Shown here piece after piece: positions 25,020 to 36,450 of a stretch of 64,000 bases of DNA (position 1 is its first letter; the number at the start of each line of letters is the position of its first letter). The DNA is from Chiloscyllium plagiosum (lineage: Eukaryota): NCBI RefSeq assembly GCF_004010195.1, contig NC_057719.1, positions 2,097,267-2,161,266 of the forward strand, read 5' to 3'. Made by a program: the position numbers and the translations under genes. The notes below the pieces were generated by a model that worked only from the letters and a program-made list of their open reading frames with translations, was not told the origin of the DNA and ran no database searches.

Positions 25020-26560
25020 CCACAATGATCAGTTGTGGGACCACTACTGTTTACTATTTACATTAATCATTTTTGACTTTGGAATCAAAAGCACAATTTC
25101 TAAATTTGTGGCTGAAACCAACTGGGGGGAGGGGGGTCAAATTGTTGCAATGCTGAAATCTGAGAACAACAGATCAGAGCGGGACAGGCAGCATCCATGG
25201 AGAGAGAACAAGCTAACCTTTTGAGTCTAGATGACCCTCCATCAGAGCAGATGCGAGGTGGGGAGGGGGCTGCATTTATGCAATAATGGTGGGGGTGGAG
25301 TGCTGGGGGGGAGCGGCTGCTGATTGTGCAGATTAAGTGATTGGAATGTGAGAATGGGAAAGCAATGGTATATCCAACTGCTAAATGGGAATGAATACCA
25401 ACTTGGGATAGTCAGTACTGAGAAGGCCTACCACAATTTACAGGGGGACATTAATTTACTTTCAGAGTTGACAAATACTTGACATATGAAGTAAGTGAGG
25501 GAGTGCATTTTGGCAAGAATAGTAAGATTTCTTATAGAGTCACAGAGACGTACAGCAGGGAAACAAACCCTTCGGTCCAACTCATCATGCTGAACAGATA
25601 TCCAAATTTAATCTAGTCTCACTTGCCCGCATTTGGCCCGTATCCCTCTAAACCTTTCCAATCCCAAGTACCTGCCCAAATATCTTTTAAATGTTGTAAC
25701 TATACTTGCATCGGCCACTTCCTCTGGAAGATGCAAATCTAGGTGATTTGGATGAACAAGAGGATGTGGAGTGCATGTCCATTAATTGCTAAAACTGCAC
25801 TAGAAAAGAGACCACAAAGCAAATCAAGTTAGAGGGTTTGTTTTTAGAGGGAGAGTTGATTTTAAAAAAGGGTGGTTATAGTAAACCTGTACCGAACATT
25901 AGTTAGATCACACTTGAAGTACATTGTTTGATTCTTATCTTGAAGCACTGGTGCAGAGAAGATTTAAAAGGATGATAGCAGAAGGTGCAGTTATACATAT
26001 CAGCAAAGGCTGGTTCTGTTCTCGAGAAGGAAGCAAGCTGAGGGCTGATCTTTAGTAAGTCTTGAGAGTTAGGATAGGTTTTGATAGATTTGGTACAAAC
26101 AGAATGTTTCCTCTTTCTTGAAGTTTTATTGAAAAAGGGAGCGGGAACAGGCCATTTGATCCCTCTACCTGCTGCACCACACATTACGATCACAACTAAT
26201 CATCCAACTCAGTCCCCTATTCTTGCTTTCTATACCTTTCAGTTGTGACCCCTGTTGAACTCTTGTGGGAAAGAGGCTGTCAATATAAGATGGTCATCAA
26301 GAAATCTAATGGGGAATGTAGGAGAAATGTGTCTCTCCAGAGAGTGGTGAGAATCTGGGACTTGCCGTTGCAGAGAGCACTTGAAGTGAATTGGATCGAT
26401 GCATTTACAGAGAAACCAGACAATCATTGGAGGCAGGAAGGATTAGAGAGTTGCAGTGCTCGATTTAAATGAGAAAAGATGAGAGAAGGTTTGAATGGAG
26501 CAGAATTACCAGCATGGGTTGGTTAAGCTGAATGATCCATTTTTTGTGCCGTACATCCAG
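25020..26560 (+). mobile_element. Old degenerate CR1 with nested inserts (family B PLE ~25150-25380 on minus; CR1 tails ~25535-25730 and ~26130-26240 on minus)
   Basis: ISKFVAET, LYRTLVRSHLKY and LQRVVRIWDLP remnants. Confidence 0.65.
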
Positions 26561-26679
26561 GATATTCCTAAGATTACAGCCCTGTGACATTTTTGGGGTA
26601 TTTTACTGTTAATGGTGTTCTAAGGCTGCAATTTGAATATTGCGTTTAGTTTGGCTACAACACTGTAAGAATACATTGC

Positions 26680-27480
26680 CCTGGAGCCTGCTGTGCCATT
26701 CAATAGACCATTTGGCCACCACTCATTACCCATTCCCCATGTTCCTAGAATCTGGGAATAGGCTAATGAAGAAATGCCTCCAATTCAGGCACATTCCTTA
26801 TGAAATAAGGAGGCCAAAACAACACAGACCTCTTGATGCAGACTCACTAATGCCCTGTATAGTTGTAATAGGACTCACCTAATAGTATAACGCTCCAACC
26901 TTGCATTAAAGGCCAATATTCAACTTGCTTCCCAATCACTTGCTGTACCTGCATGTTAACCTGTGTGCACATCCTTCAGTACTGCAACATTTTCATGTCC
27001 CTCTGTTAAATAATGTACTTTTCTATTCTTCAAAATGTACAGCTTTTGCCCACAGTACACTCAATCTGCCAGATTTTACCACACTCACTTTACCTAATTT
27101 TGCAGCCTTTGTATCATCCTCTCAAATTAGTCTCGTGGCCTTTTTTATCTCATTAGCAAATTTGTTTTTTTGAATGTTCTTCAAATTCCTTAAATTATTA
27201 TAAATAATTATTCGAAGTAGTTGAAACCCAGATATTAATCCCTGTGGCACTTCATTGCTTAGTGGCTAAAATGAGCCCTGAATCTGTTCCCAATTAGCAT
27301 CTCTCTACTAATATATTGCCTCTACATCATGGACTCTTGGCTTGTATAGCAACTTTTTTATTTGGCTTCTTATAGTGTGCCATTTGGAAATCCAAATGCA
27401 CTACGTCTACTGGTTTCAAACCCTGGTTATTACAACCTCAAATAACTTTTTAATAAATTTGTCGAACACTATTTCCCTTC
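26680..27480 (-). mobile_element. Old degenerate CR1
   Basis: ggaaatccaaatgcactacgtctactgg (reverse complement of a PVDVV.LDF-like motif) and other RT remnants. Confidence 0.55.
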
Positions 27481-27499
27481 CCTACAATAAAGCAGGTGA

Positions 27500-28285
27500 A
27501 TGTGGGTACATCACAGCTTGGTATAGCAGCCGTTCTGCCCAGGACCATAAGAAACTACAGAAAATCGTGAACACAGCCCAGACTATCAGACATGCCAACC
27601 ATTGGCTCCATCTACAGTTCTTGTTACCGTAGAAAGGCAATCAACATGGGCAGCACGGTGGCACAGTGGTTAGCACTGCTGCCTCACAGCGCCAGAGACC
27701 CGGGTTCAATTCCCGCCTCAGGCCACTGACTGTGTGGAGTTTGCACATTCTCCCCGTGTCTGCGTGGGTTTCCTCCGGGTGCTCCGGTTTCCTCCCACAG
27801 TCCAAAGATGTGCAGGTCAGGTGAATTGGCCATGCTAAATTGCCCGTAGTGTTAGGTAAGCGGTAAATGTAGGGGTATGGGTGGGTTGCGCTTCGGCGGG
27901 GCGGTGTGGACTTGTTGGGCCGAAGGGCCTGTTTCCACACTGTAAGTAATCTAATCTATCTAATCTAATCTAACATCATCAAAGATCCCTCGGTTATACA
28001 ACCTTCCAACCTCTCCTGTCAGGCAGAAGGTATAAAAGCTTAAACACACGAACCAACAGATTCAAGAACAGCTTCTTCCCTGCTGATATTAGACTCATGA
28101 ATGGACCTCTCAAATTTCAAATTTAATGTTGATTTTGCTCCTTTGTTCTCTGCAGCCATAACATTGAATTCCTCGCTCTGTTCCATTACCCTAATGCACT
28201 TTGGTGTGATTTGCCCATCCTGCATGCAAAACAAAGCTTTTCACTGTACCTAGGCCCATGAGACAATAAGCAATCAAATCAAATG
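27500..28285 (+). mobile_element. Rex1/Babar-like LINE 3' fragment, split by an HE1 SINE
   Basis: GYITAWYSSRSAQDHKKLQKIVNTAQ ... FQPLLSGRRYKSLNTRTNRFKNSFFP; tail caataagcaatcaaatcaaa. Confidence 0.8.
27647..27972 (+). mobile_element. HE1-like V-SINE, full length and young
   Basis: gggcagcacggtggcacagtggttagcactgctgcctcacagcgccagagacccgggttcaattccc...(taatc)n. Confidence 0.95.
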
Positions 28286-29372
28286 TGACAACAAAATTTT
28301 TGCAATTATGCAGAAATGATCCTATGTTAATTGGTGAAGAGCTAAAGGTTAGAGCGAAAGGCCTAAACAACTAAGACTGTTGTTGAAATGAGGAGAATCG
28401 GAGGAGCCTTTCTTTAGGTACAGAAGGAACCAGGTGGAATGGGAATGGTTAACCTGGAGAATGGTTTCAAGTCAGACCACAACTTGTAGGAAGGAGCGGT
28501 GTAGATACAAGCCTGTCTTTGTGTTTGGACTTGCACTGGTATGAATGGTACTGTGGTGTTTTAGCAATCCCTGTGAGGTATGCTGTTCTCAGTTACTTCG
28601 AGTGAAAAAGTGAGCCATTTCTCCATCTTTGGCTGTTTAAATTTTCGAGATTTCGTCAATCACACTTCAAATCTGAGTTTTTCTTTGCACTGGCACTCAA
28701 TCTCTTGTTTCGCTGGGAATTCTGAGTGGTGTCAGAATGAGTTTATTGGGGTTATCTTGTGAGAGTCTAGTGTTGATATAAAATGACTGGCCCAACTGAA
28801 GACCAGATAATTGATACAGGTAATTTGAAAAGGTTTAGAATGAACTGGGCTCTGAGTGCAAAGAGAATTGGTGGACAGAAAAGTTAAAACTGATTTCTTT
28901 GCTGAGGGAGAGGAATTTAACATTTGGTAAACCTGTACCGAACATTAGTTAGATCACACTTGAAGTCTCTATGGGTTAGAATAGATGAAGCTGGCATGTT
29001 CCCTTCACAGCTGAGCCACTTAGGTTTTTATGACCATTTTATTAATTTGTGGTCACTTTATGGAAAAGTAAATGTTGCTCCAACTCCCTATTTTTCTTTG
29101 AAATTCTTAACTTTCGCTGTTTCCCCTTAGTTTTGAACCCATATTCTTAAGCCTAAATCTTTCCAGATATCGATGATATCTAGCAATGCAATTCAAAGAA
29201 ATCCATGTAACTTGCTTCTCTAAATTCAGGAGGTAATTTTGATCCTCTTTCTGATATTCTGAAGAATGTTTTTTTTTGGTAATACTAAAGACAGTCTTAA
29301 AGGCAGTGCACTGGTTGAAACATTGCACGGGTCACTTACATCTTTAACATGATTATCTTTGGTATGGATTCA

Positions 29373-29720
29373 TAGAATCATAGATTCCCTACAGTGTGGA
29401 AAAAGGCCCCTCGGCCTAACAAGTCCAAACTGACATGCTGAAGAGTAACCTACCCAGACCCATTACCCTATTACATTTACCCCTGACTAATGCTCCTAAT
29501 CTACACATCCCTGAACACTACGGGCAATTTAGCATGGCCAGTCCACCTGACCTGCACATCTTTGGACTGTGGGAGGAAACCGGAGCACCCGGAGGAAACC
29601 CACGCTAACACGGGGAGAATGTGCAAACTCCACACAGACTGTCACCCGAGGCTGGAATCGAACCCGGGTCCTTAGTGCTGTGAAGCAGCAGTGCTAACCA
29701 CTGAGCCACCGTGCACCCCA
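29373..29720 (-). mobile_element. HE1-like V-SINE
   Basis: Reverse complement of the HE1 consensus seen elsewhere in the window. Confidence 0.93.
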
Positions 29721-29889
29721 TTAAGGCAGGATTATTAAATGTAACTAAAGTCTCTGCTCTCTGGAGTTTAATTATTTACTAGCATAGAAGAATAGGCAGC
29801 AACTAAAATTGGTGCTTCTACTGTAAAACATTCGGACAGAGTGCAGCGTACCTTCTGTTGCAATGCTGACTGAGTTTACTCATTGCTAA

Positions 29890-30185
29890 CTCATTCATGG
29901 GATGAGGGCATCTCTGTCCAGGCCAGCATTTATTGCCCATCCCTAATGGTTTAGAGGGCAGTTAGAAATCAGCCATGTTGCTGTTGATCTGGAGTCACAT
30001 GTAGGCCAGACCAGGTAAGGATGGCAGTTTCCTTCCCTAAAGGGCATTAGTGAACCGTTAGGTTTCAGGGTCATCATTAGAGTCTTCATTAGACCGTTAA
30101 TTCAAGATTGTTTTCTTAATATTGAATTCAAATTTCACCATTAGCTGAGTTTCTGGATTGATAGCCTAGCAATAATACCATTGTT
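29890..30185 (-). mobile_element. tRNA-derived SINE, second family (tail shared with the second LINE family)
   Basis: ggccagcatttattgcccatccctaat...ggagtcacatgtaggccagaccaggtaaggatggcag; homologous to 59627-59960. Confidence 0.75.
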
Positions 30186-31297
30186 TCCCTGTTCACATTC
30201 TGGAGTGGAAATACAGGAGAAAGCAACTGGAATGATTCAGTCAATGGAAGAATCGGATTAGTTTTTCTTCGTCTGTTGCCTGGATATGAATGTTGTTGAT
30301 GAGGCCGGCATTTATTGCGCATTCCAAATTGCCCTTCAGGTGGTGAGTCACCAGCTTGTTCACAACTGGAGCAGTTTTCTTGGCCATCTCAGAAGGTGCT
30401 TCAGAGTCAACTGCATTGCTATGGACCTGGAGTCATTTCCTTCACTGAAACTGACTTTTTAATGAAATTACTAAATTTAAATCTTCAGATGCTATATGAA
30501 TAAAAGTCCACAGATCATTTAGTCCAGGACTCTGTCCGGAGCAGTCACTGTCTACTGTGCCCCACATCGTCATGTATAAACTGAACATGTTCTCACTGGA
30601 ATGGATAATGATGTGAGGTGATATGTTTGCAGTTGCTGTTAAAATTCTGTTAGCTCTTGGTAATGTTGATCCTGACCACATTTTCCACACGAGAGAACAT
30701 GGTCTGTATAAGTTGAGAAGAAATCTGAATTATTCTTTGTATCAGTCAATATGGGGCCAATCTAATGGAGTAGAATACCTAGGGAGATGTTCAAAGCAGG
30801 TGCTATTGTGTCATTAACAGTACATTTAGTTCTAAATTTGTTTGTTAAAGAAACAGCATTTCTTGACACAGTATACGAGTAATTCTGTAATGAGTGAAGT
30901 TTGCTTGGACAGAACAGGTCTCTTTGAATTTTTCATCTTGGTCTGTGTTAAAATCATTACCTGCCTGGGTGAGCTATGAGGAAAACTCGTGTTTATACTT
31001 CACAGTCTCTATCTGTTTAACGGCTTGTTATACGTTTTTAGAAGTGTAGTAATTGCTATAATGTGTAAATCAGTGCATGGCGTGGTTCTGCGATGTGGTA
31101 AATGACCAAATCAATTGTTTGTTTTACATTGCCAATCTGGGGATAACTATTGCACTATCTCCCACTATAGCTGTGGGGAAAACGACATCAAGTTGTTTGT
31201 GAGATGTTGGGACTCCTTTTGTTAACACAGTTGCTGCCACAGTTTAAGCCTGTAACTAATTTCTAATGAAACATTATTTTCTTCCTTTCCTTTCCAG

Positions 31298-31349
31298 AGG
31301 TCATACACGTTAATAGTCGAAGCATGGGACCAAGATAATGCAACAGCTG
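31298..31349 (+). CDS. JAG1/JAG2: Internal 52-bp coding exon of a Jagged-family Notch ligand (exon 3 equivalent, MNNL/C2 domain); paralog unresolved
   Basis: Branch-like ctaat (31263), polypyrimidine tract ending tttccag, then AGG TCA TAC ACG TTA ATA GTC GAA GCA TGG GAC CAA GAT AAT GCA ACA GCT G|gtaagt. Translates RSYTLIVEAWDQDNATA; compare JAG1 RSYTLLVEAWDSSNDT and JAG2 RSFTLIVEAWDWDNDT. Phase 0 start, phase 1 end and 52-bp length match JAG1 exon 3 as I recall it. Confidence 0.92.
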
Positions 31350-31732
31350 GTAAGTACCCTAACCACCTTTTCCTGAGGTATTTTGCAAACGTGCCCAGGC
31401 ATAAACCCATTGAAAATCAGCCCTGGATTCACAGGTTTTTTTTGTGAAGGTGTGTCATGTTGCTATGTGTTCACCAGGGGTACGTTGGAATTTGGGTGGG
31501 CAGAGATGTTTTGAGGAGCCCAGACATGCTTTCAATAGGGAAATTCAAATAGCTGGAATTTTCTACAGTGACTCATTAGGTGTCGATTCCATATCCACAC
31601 GTGTCAATTAGGCTTCCAGTATTATTAAAAGAAAACAAATTAAGTAGTTCTCCCACCCCCACACTTTTTCTTTCCCAAATTTGAAACATCTGCCAGTTGC
31701 AGGGATTCCATTCAAGTCTTATTCACTCTGAC

Positions 31733-32635
31733 CTGGGAGTGTTTGATGGGGACAGTGTAGAGGGACCTTTACTCTGTATCTAACCCTGTGCTGTCCCTGT
31801 CCTGGGAGTGTTTGATAGGGGACAGTGTAGAGGGAGCTTTACTCTGTATCTAACTCTGTGCTGTCACTGTCCTGGGAGTGTTTGCTGGGGGACAGTGTGG
31901 AGGGACCTTTACTCTGTATCTAACCCCGTGCTGTCACTGTCCTGGGAGTGTTCGATGGGGACAGTGTAGAGGGACCTTTACTCTGTATCTAACCCCGTGC
32001 TGTCCCTGTCCTGGGAGTGTTTGATGGGGGACAGTATAGAGGGACCTTTACTCTGTATCTAACCCTGTGCTGTCCCTGTCCTGGGAGTGTTTGATGGGGG
32101 ACAGTGTAGAGGGACCTTTACTCTGTATCTAACCCTGTGCTGGCCCTATCCTGGGAGTGTTTGATCGGGGACAGTGTAGAGAGAGCTTTGCTCTGTAACT
32201 AATCCTGTGCGATCTCTATCCTGGAAGTGTTTGATGTGAACAGAGGGGATTTCACTCGGTATCTAACCCAAAGCTCTCCATGTCCTGGAAGTGTTTGATG
32301 TGAACAGAGGGGATTTCACTCGGTATCTAACCCAAAGCTCTCCATGTCCTGGAAGTGTTTGACAGGGACGATGCAGAGGGAGCTTCACTCTGTATCTAAC
32401 CTTGTGCTGTAACTGTCCTGGGAGTGTTCGATGGGGACAGTGTAGAGGAAGCTTTACTCTTTGTCTAACCCAATGCTGTCCCTACCCTGAGTTTTTGATG
32501 GGGACAGTCTGACCTGGGAGTGTTTGGAGGAAATGTTGAAGGAGCTTTACGCTGTATTTTAACTCTGCTGTTCCTATCATAGGGTTTTTCATGTGATGGT
32601 ATAGAGTGAGCTTTACTCTGTGTCTGACCCTGCCA
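31733..32635. repeat. Minisatellite, ~13 units of 64-70 bp
   Basis: Unit ctgggagtgtttgatggggacagtgtagagggacctttactctgtatctaaccctgtgctgtccctgtc starts at 31733, 31802, 31872, 31942, 32011, 32081, 32151, 32221, 32285, 32349 and 32418, then decays. Confidence 0.95.
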
Positions 32636-33094
32636 TATCAGGTACAGCACAATGGCTGGGGGGAGTGGGACAGGGCAGGTTGGTTTTTGTCCAGGGAAGA
32701 CTCTGTGTTGAAAGCCTGTCTTCTGAGCTACCTTATAGTTTTGAATCTAAGATGTTTTGAAAGGTTTCATAACCAAGTTGTGAATCCAGGCTTTTCCTTT
32801 TACTTTAGAACTCAGTTGTTCACATTGAGAAATGCTGAGAAAATGTTTGAAGTGAAATAACCTGAATTGTGTTCGAAACCTGGGGTTGGAGTGTGCTGTT
32901 TTTAGCTTGTCGTGCTCGTTTTTTAAGATTAGAATTACTGCAGTATGAAGGGTCGACAGGAGGGTCGAGATTGCTACAGTCTGATCAGCGATAATCGAAT
33001 TGAGCAATAGACTGAACATGATAGGCCGAATAGCATTCTCCTGCTGCAGATTTAATGATCTTAAAAAAGATTGGCACCAATTGATAGGCATGAG

Positions 33095-33380
33095 AGCTAG
33101 GAGCAGGAGGAGTCCATTCAACCCCTCGTGCCTGTTCCACCATTTGTTATGATCATGGCTGGTCTCATCTCAGCCTCAACTCCACTTTCCCGCCTGCTCT
33201 CCATAACCCTTTAACCCATTATTAGTTAAAAATCTGCCAATCTCCTTCTCAGATTTACTCCATGTCCAGCATCCTCCACACTCGGTGAATTCCACAGATT
33301 TGTGGCCTTTTGAGAGAAGTGATTACTCCTCATCTCAGTTTATTATCCCCTATCCTAAAATGATGCTGACTTGTTCCAGA
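33095..33380 (-). mobile_element. CR1 3' tail fragment
   Basis: taggagcaggaggagtccattcaacccctc...gaattccacagatt. Confidence 0.75.
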
Positions 33381-33954
33381 TTTCACCATATGAGACCAAG
33401 TGTTCTGTTTCCTGGGGTTGGAATGTGCTGTTTTTAGCTTTGGGTTTAAATTTGTACAAGAACATAATGTTCCCTGCCTTCTCCCATCCCTGAACCCCTG
33501 GCCCCCATTGTATCCAGTTCCAAGGAATGGACGCCTCGCTGGTTATTGCTTTCCATGTTCCCTCTCTGAAATGGTGATGGTTGTGATTGCTGGGATGTCC
33601 GTGTGGCATTCCAGAACAGGTTAGCAGTGAGCTCTGGTGACCCAGAAGGTGAAAAAAAGTACTTGCAACAGAGACTGCAGGAATTCTCCAGTTGGGCAAT
33701 TTTTATTTGTGGTCCAGGATTGAGAGGGCAAGTATCTCAATGGAAGAGGGAACCACTTTCAAACAGCTGAGGTTATTCGTACAAAACTGCAGTCATGGGA
33801 GAACCTCTCTAATTGCTGCTCAGGATGCTATTGAGTTTAACAGATCATAGAATGCCTGAGGCGAGTATACTCTGAATAATAGAGGCACATGAGTGCATTA
33901 TAAGGATATGGTTATGAAGATCTTTAAGGTGATGTTTGACTTGGTGATAAGTGC

Positions 33955-34495
33955 AACTTTTCTTTCAATCCAGGGTATTGCTGCTGCATTTTGAAAGTGT
34001 TTTAAGTAACTTTGCAGGAAATGGTCCTAAGTGGATGGTGGTGAAGCTGAGGCAGAGTGATCGTTTGCATCAATAATTTCTATAAAATGGATCTGGGATT
34101 TGTAGCTATAAGCCTAACCTGTGTTGGATCCAAATCTGCAGCATCTCAATTTTAAAATGCTTGTCCCTGTTAGCCAATCAATTTGAGTAACTTCCTTGAG
34201 CTTTACCCTTCTTCTCCCATCTCTCTCTCTCTCTCTACCCCTGCAAACCTGCAGCCTTCAGCATTCTTCATGCTATCGGGAGAATGTTGTGAAACATGAA
34301 ATGGTTTAGATTTGGATCCAACACAGGATAGGCACATGGCAGATCTACAAATCCCAGGTCCAATTTTATAGAAATTATTAATGCAAACGATCATTCTGCC
34401 TCAGCCTCACCACCATCCACTCAGGACCGCGACTGGAAAGTTACTTAAAACACTTTCAAAATGCAGCAGCAATGACCTGGATTGAAAGAAAAGTT
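33955..34495. repeat. Long inverted repeat: arms 33955-34137 and 34308-34495, spacer ~170 bp
   Basis: aacttttctttcaatccagg...tgtgttggatccaaatct versus agatttggatccaacaca...cctggattgaaagaaaagtt; roughly 85-90% identical by eye. Confidence 0.92.
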
Positions 34496-34953
34496 CAGAA
34501 AAGATTTGTAAGTATGTTGCCAGGGTTGGAGGGTTTGGGTTATAGGGAGAGGCTGAACAGGCTGGGGCTGTTTCCCTGGCGCGTCGGAGGCTGAGGGGTG
34601 ACCTTATAGAGGTTTATATAACCATGAGGGGCAAGGATAGGAAAAATAGACCAAGTTTTTTTCCCTGGGGTGAGGGAGATCAAAGCCAGGTGAGAGGGGA
34701 AAGATTAAAAGGGACCTAAGGGGGAAATTTTCACAGCGAGCATGGTGCATGTGTGGAATGAGCTGCCAGAGGAAGTGGTGGAGGCTGGTACAATTACAAC
34801 ATTTAAAAGGCATCTGGATAGGTATATGATTAGGAAGGGTTTAGAGGGATATAATGCTGGCAAATTGGACTAGATTAATTTAGGATATGTGGTCAGCATG
34901 GACAAGTTAGACTGAAGGGTCTTTTTCCGTTCTGTACAGCTCTATGACTCTAC
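34493..34953 (+). mobile_element. CR1 3' end fragment
   Basis: gttcagaaaagattt...atgttgccagggttggag...tggaatgagctgccagagg...ctctatgactcta. Confidence 0.9.
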
Positions 34954-35282
34954 TGCGGCTTCCTTGTGTTCAGCTATCTGGGCCCTAATGTCTGGAACTC
35001 CTTGTCTAAGCCCCTCTACCTATCTGTCTCTCTCCTCCTTTTATGATGCTGCTTAAAACCAAATTCTAAGGAAACTTTTTGTCATTGGTCCCAGTAGCTT
35101 CTCATGACTGTCAGGTTTTATAAATACTTCAGTGAATCGTCTCAGGATATTAAAGGTGCTTTTAAAAATGTAAGTTGTTGCTGAGTTTCAAACATTTTCA
35201 GAAGAATTGGCTCCCAAGAGGATTGGTTAGCCCTGTAATTTGGTTTAAATCCTAATCGTCATAGTGAGTGTGTTTTTAAAAA

Positions 35283-35592
35283 GAGCAGCACAGTGGCACA
35301 GTGGTTAGCACTGCTGCCTCACAGCACCAGAGACCTGGGTTCAATTCCCACCTCAGGCGACTGACTGTGTGGAGTTTGCACGTTCTCCCCGTGTCTGCGT
35401 TGGTTTCCTCCGGGTGCTCCGGTTTCCTCCGACAGTCCAAAGATGTGCAGGTCAGGTGAATTGGCCATGCTAAATTGTCCGTAGAATTAGGTAAGGGGTA
35501 AATGTAGGGGTATGGGTGGGTTGCGCTTCGGCGGGTCAGTGTGGACTTGTTGGGCCGAAGGGCCTGTTTCCACAGTGTAAAGTAATCTTAAA
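35283..35592 (+). mobile_element. HE1-like V-SINE
   Basis: Full head, core and tail, similar to 27647-27972. Confidence 0.95.
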
Positions 35593-36167
35593 TATCTATA
35601 AAAAAAAAGGAATGTGTTCCAACTCTAAACAAGGTGTGAAAGGCACTGGGTAGTCTAATTCTAGATCTTTGTCCTTTTCCGAAGTTGGCTGGTGCTGAGA
35701 GTGTTTTGAACTACATAACACCAGTGTGAGGTACGGGTTTAGTGGTGTGGCAGATGTTTTCGAGGGATGCTTTAAGATCCCATAGGAAGCAGCTCACACA
35801 ATGTTCAATGGGCTTTGATGTGATTTCCACCCCTGCTCCAATTCTTAAATCGGTGAAGATGGCAGAACACTTTGAAGGTTTTTATAGAGAGAAAAAAATA
35901 TCCTGACTTCAAAAATAGAGGCCAGAGAGTTGTACTCGATCTTTAGAAATAACGAGCCGGGCCTGAGCCGGACTATTGTCTGTTGTTCTGGGCGCCACGC
36001 TGTAGGAAGGATGTCAAGGACTTTGAGAGTGAGAGGCTCAGAGGAGATTTTATCAGCATTCTATTGGGGTGAGGCTGTTCCGTTAATATCAAGTCATAAC
36101 CAGGGCAGCTGAGATGATTCTCTGCTGAGCAAAGGTTTATGGGGAGTCTTAATGGAAGTATTCCAGT

Positions 36168-36450
36168 CGGAAAAAGCACAACAGGTCCGGCAACATCCAA
36201 GGAGCAAGTGAGTCGGCATTTCAGGCGTAACCCTACATCAGGACTAGGGAAAGAGGCTGAGAAATAGGATCCTTCTCCGTCCGCAAAGATCTGTTTCTCA
36301 GCCCCCTTTCCCCTCCCCAATCCTGATGAAGGGTTATGCCCGAAACATCAGCTCTCTTGCTCCTCGGATGCTGCCTGACCTGCTGTGCTTTTCCAGCGAC
36401 ACCCTTTATCGTCTCTGACTCTCCAACATCTGCATTCTTCACTATCTCCT
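36168..36450. mobile_element. Penelope-derived family A palindrome with arms extending into the UTR
   Basis: Arms meet around 36270-36287; TSD agtattcca[g/a]tcg at 36157-36169 and 36451-36463. Confidence 0.85.

Noticed and set aside
27647..27725. tRNA genes at SINE heads
   Set aside because: The A/B boxes continue directly into the HE1 core and tail; these are SINE heads, not standalone tRNAs.
31733..32635. CRISPR-like regular array
   Set aside because: Units are contiguous tandem copies with no unique spacers, the context is eukaryotic, and there are no cas genes.
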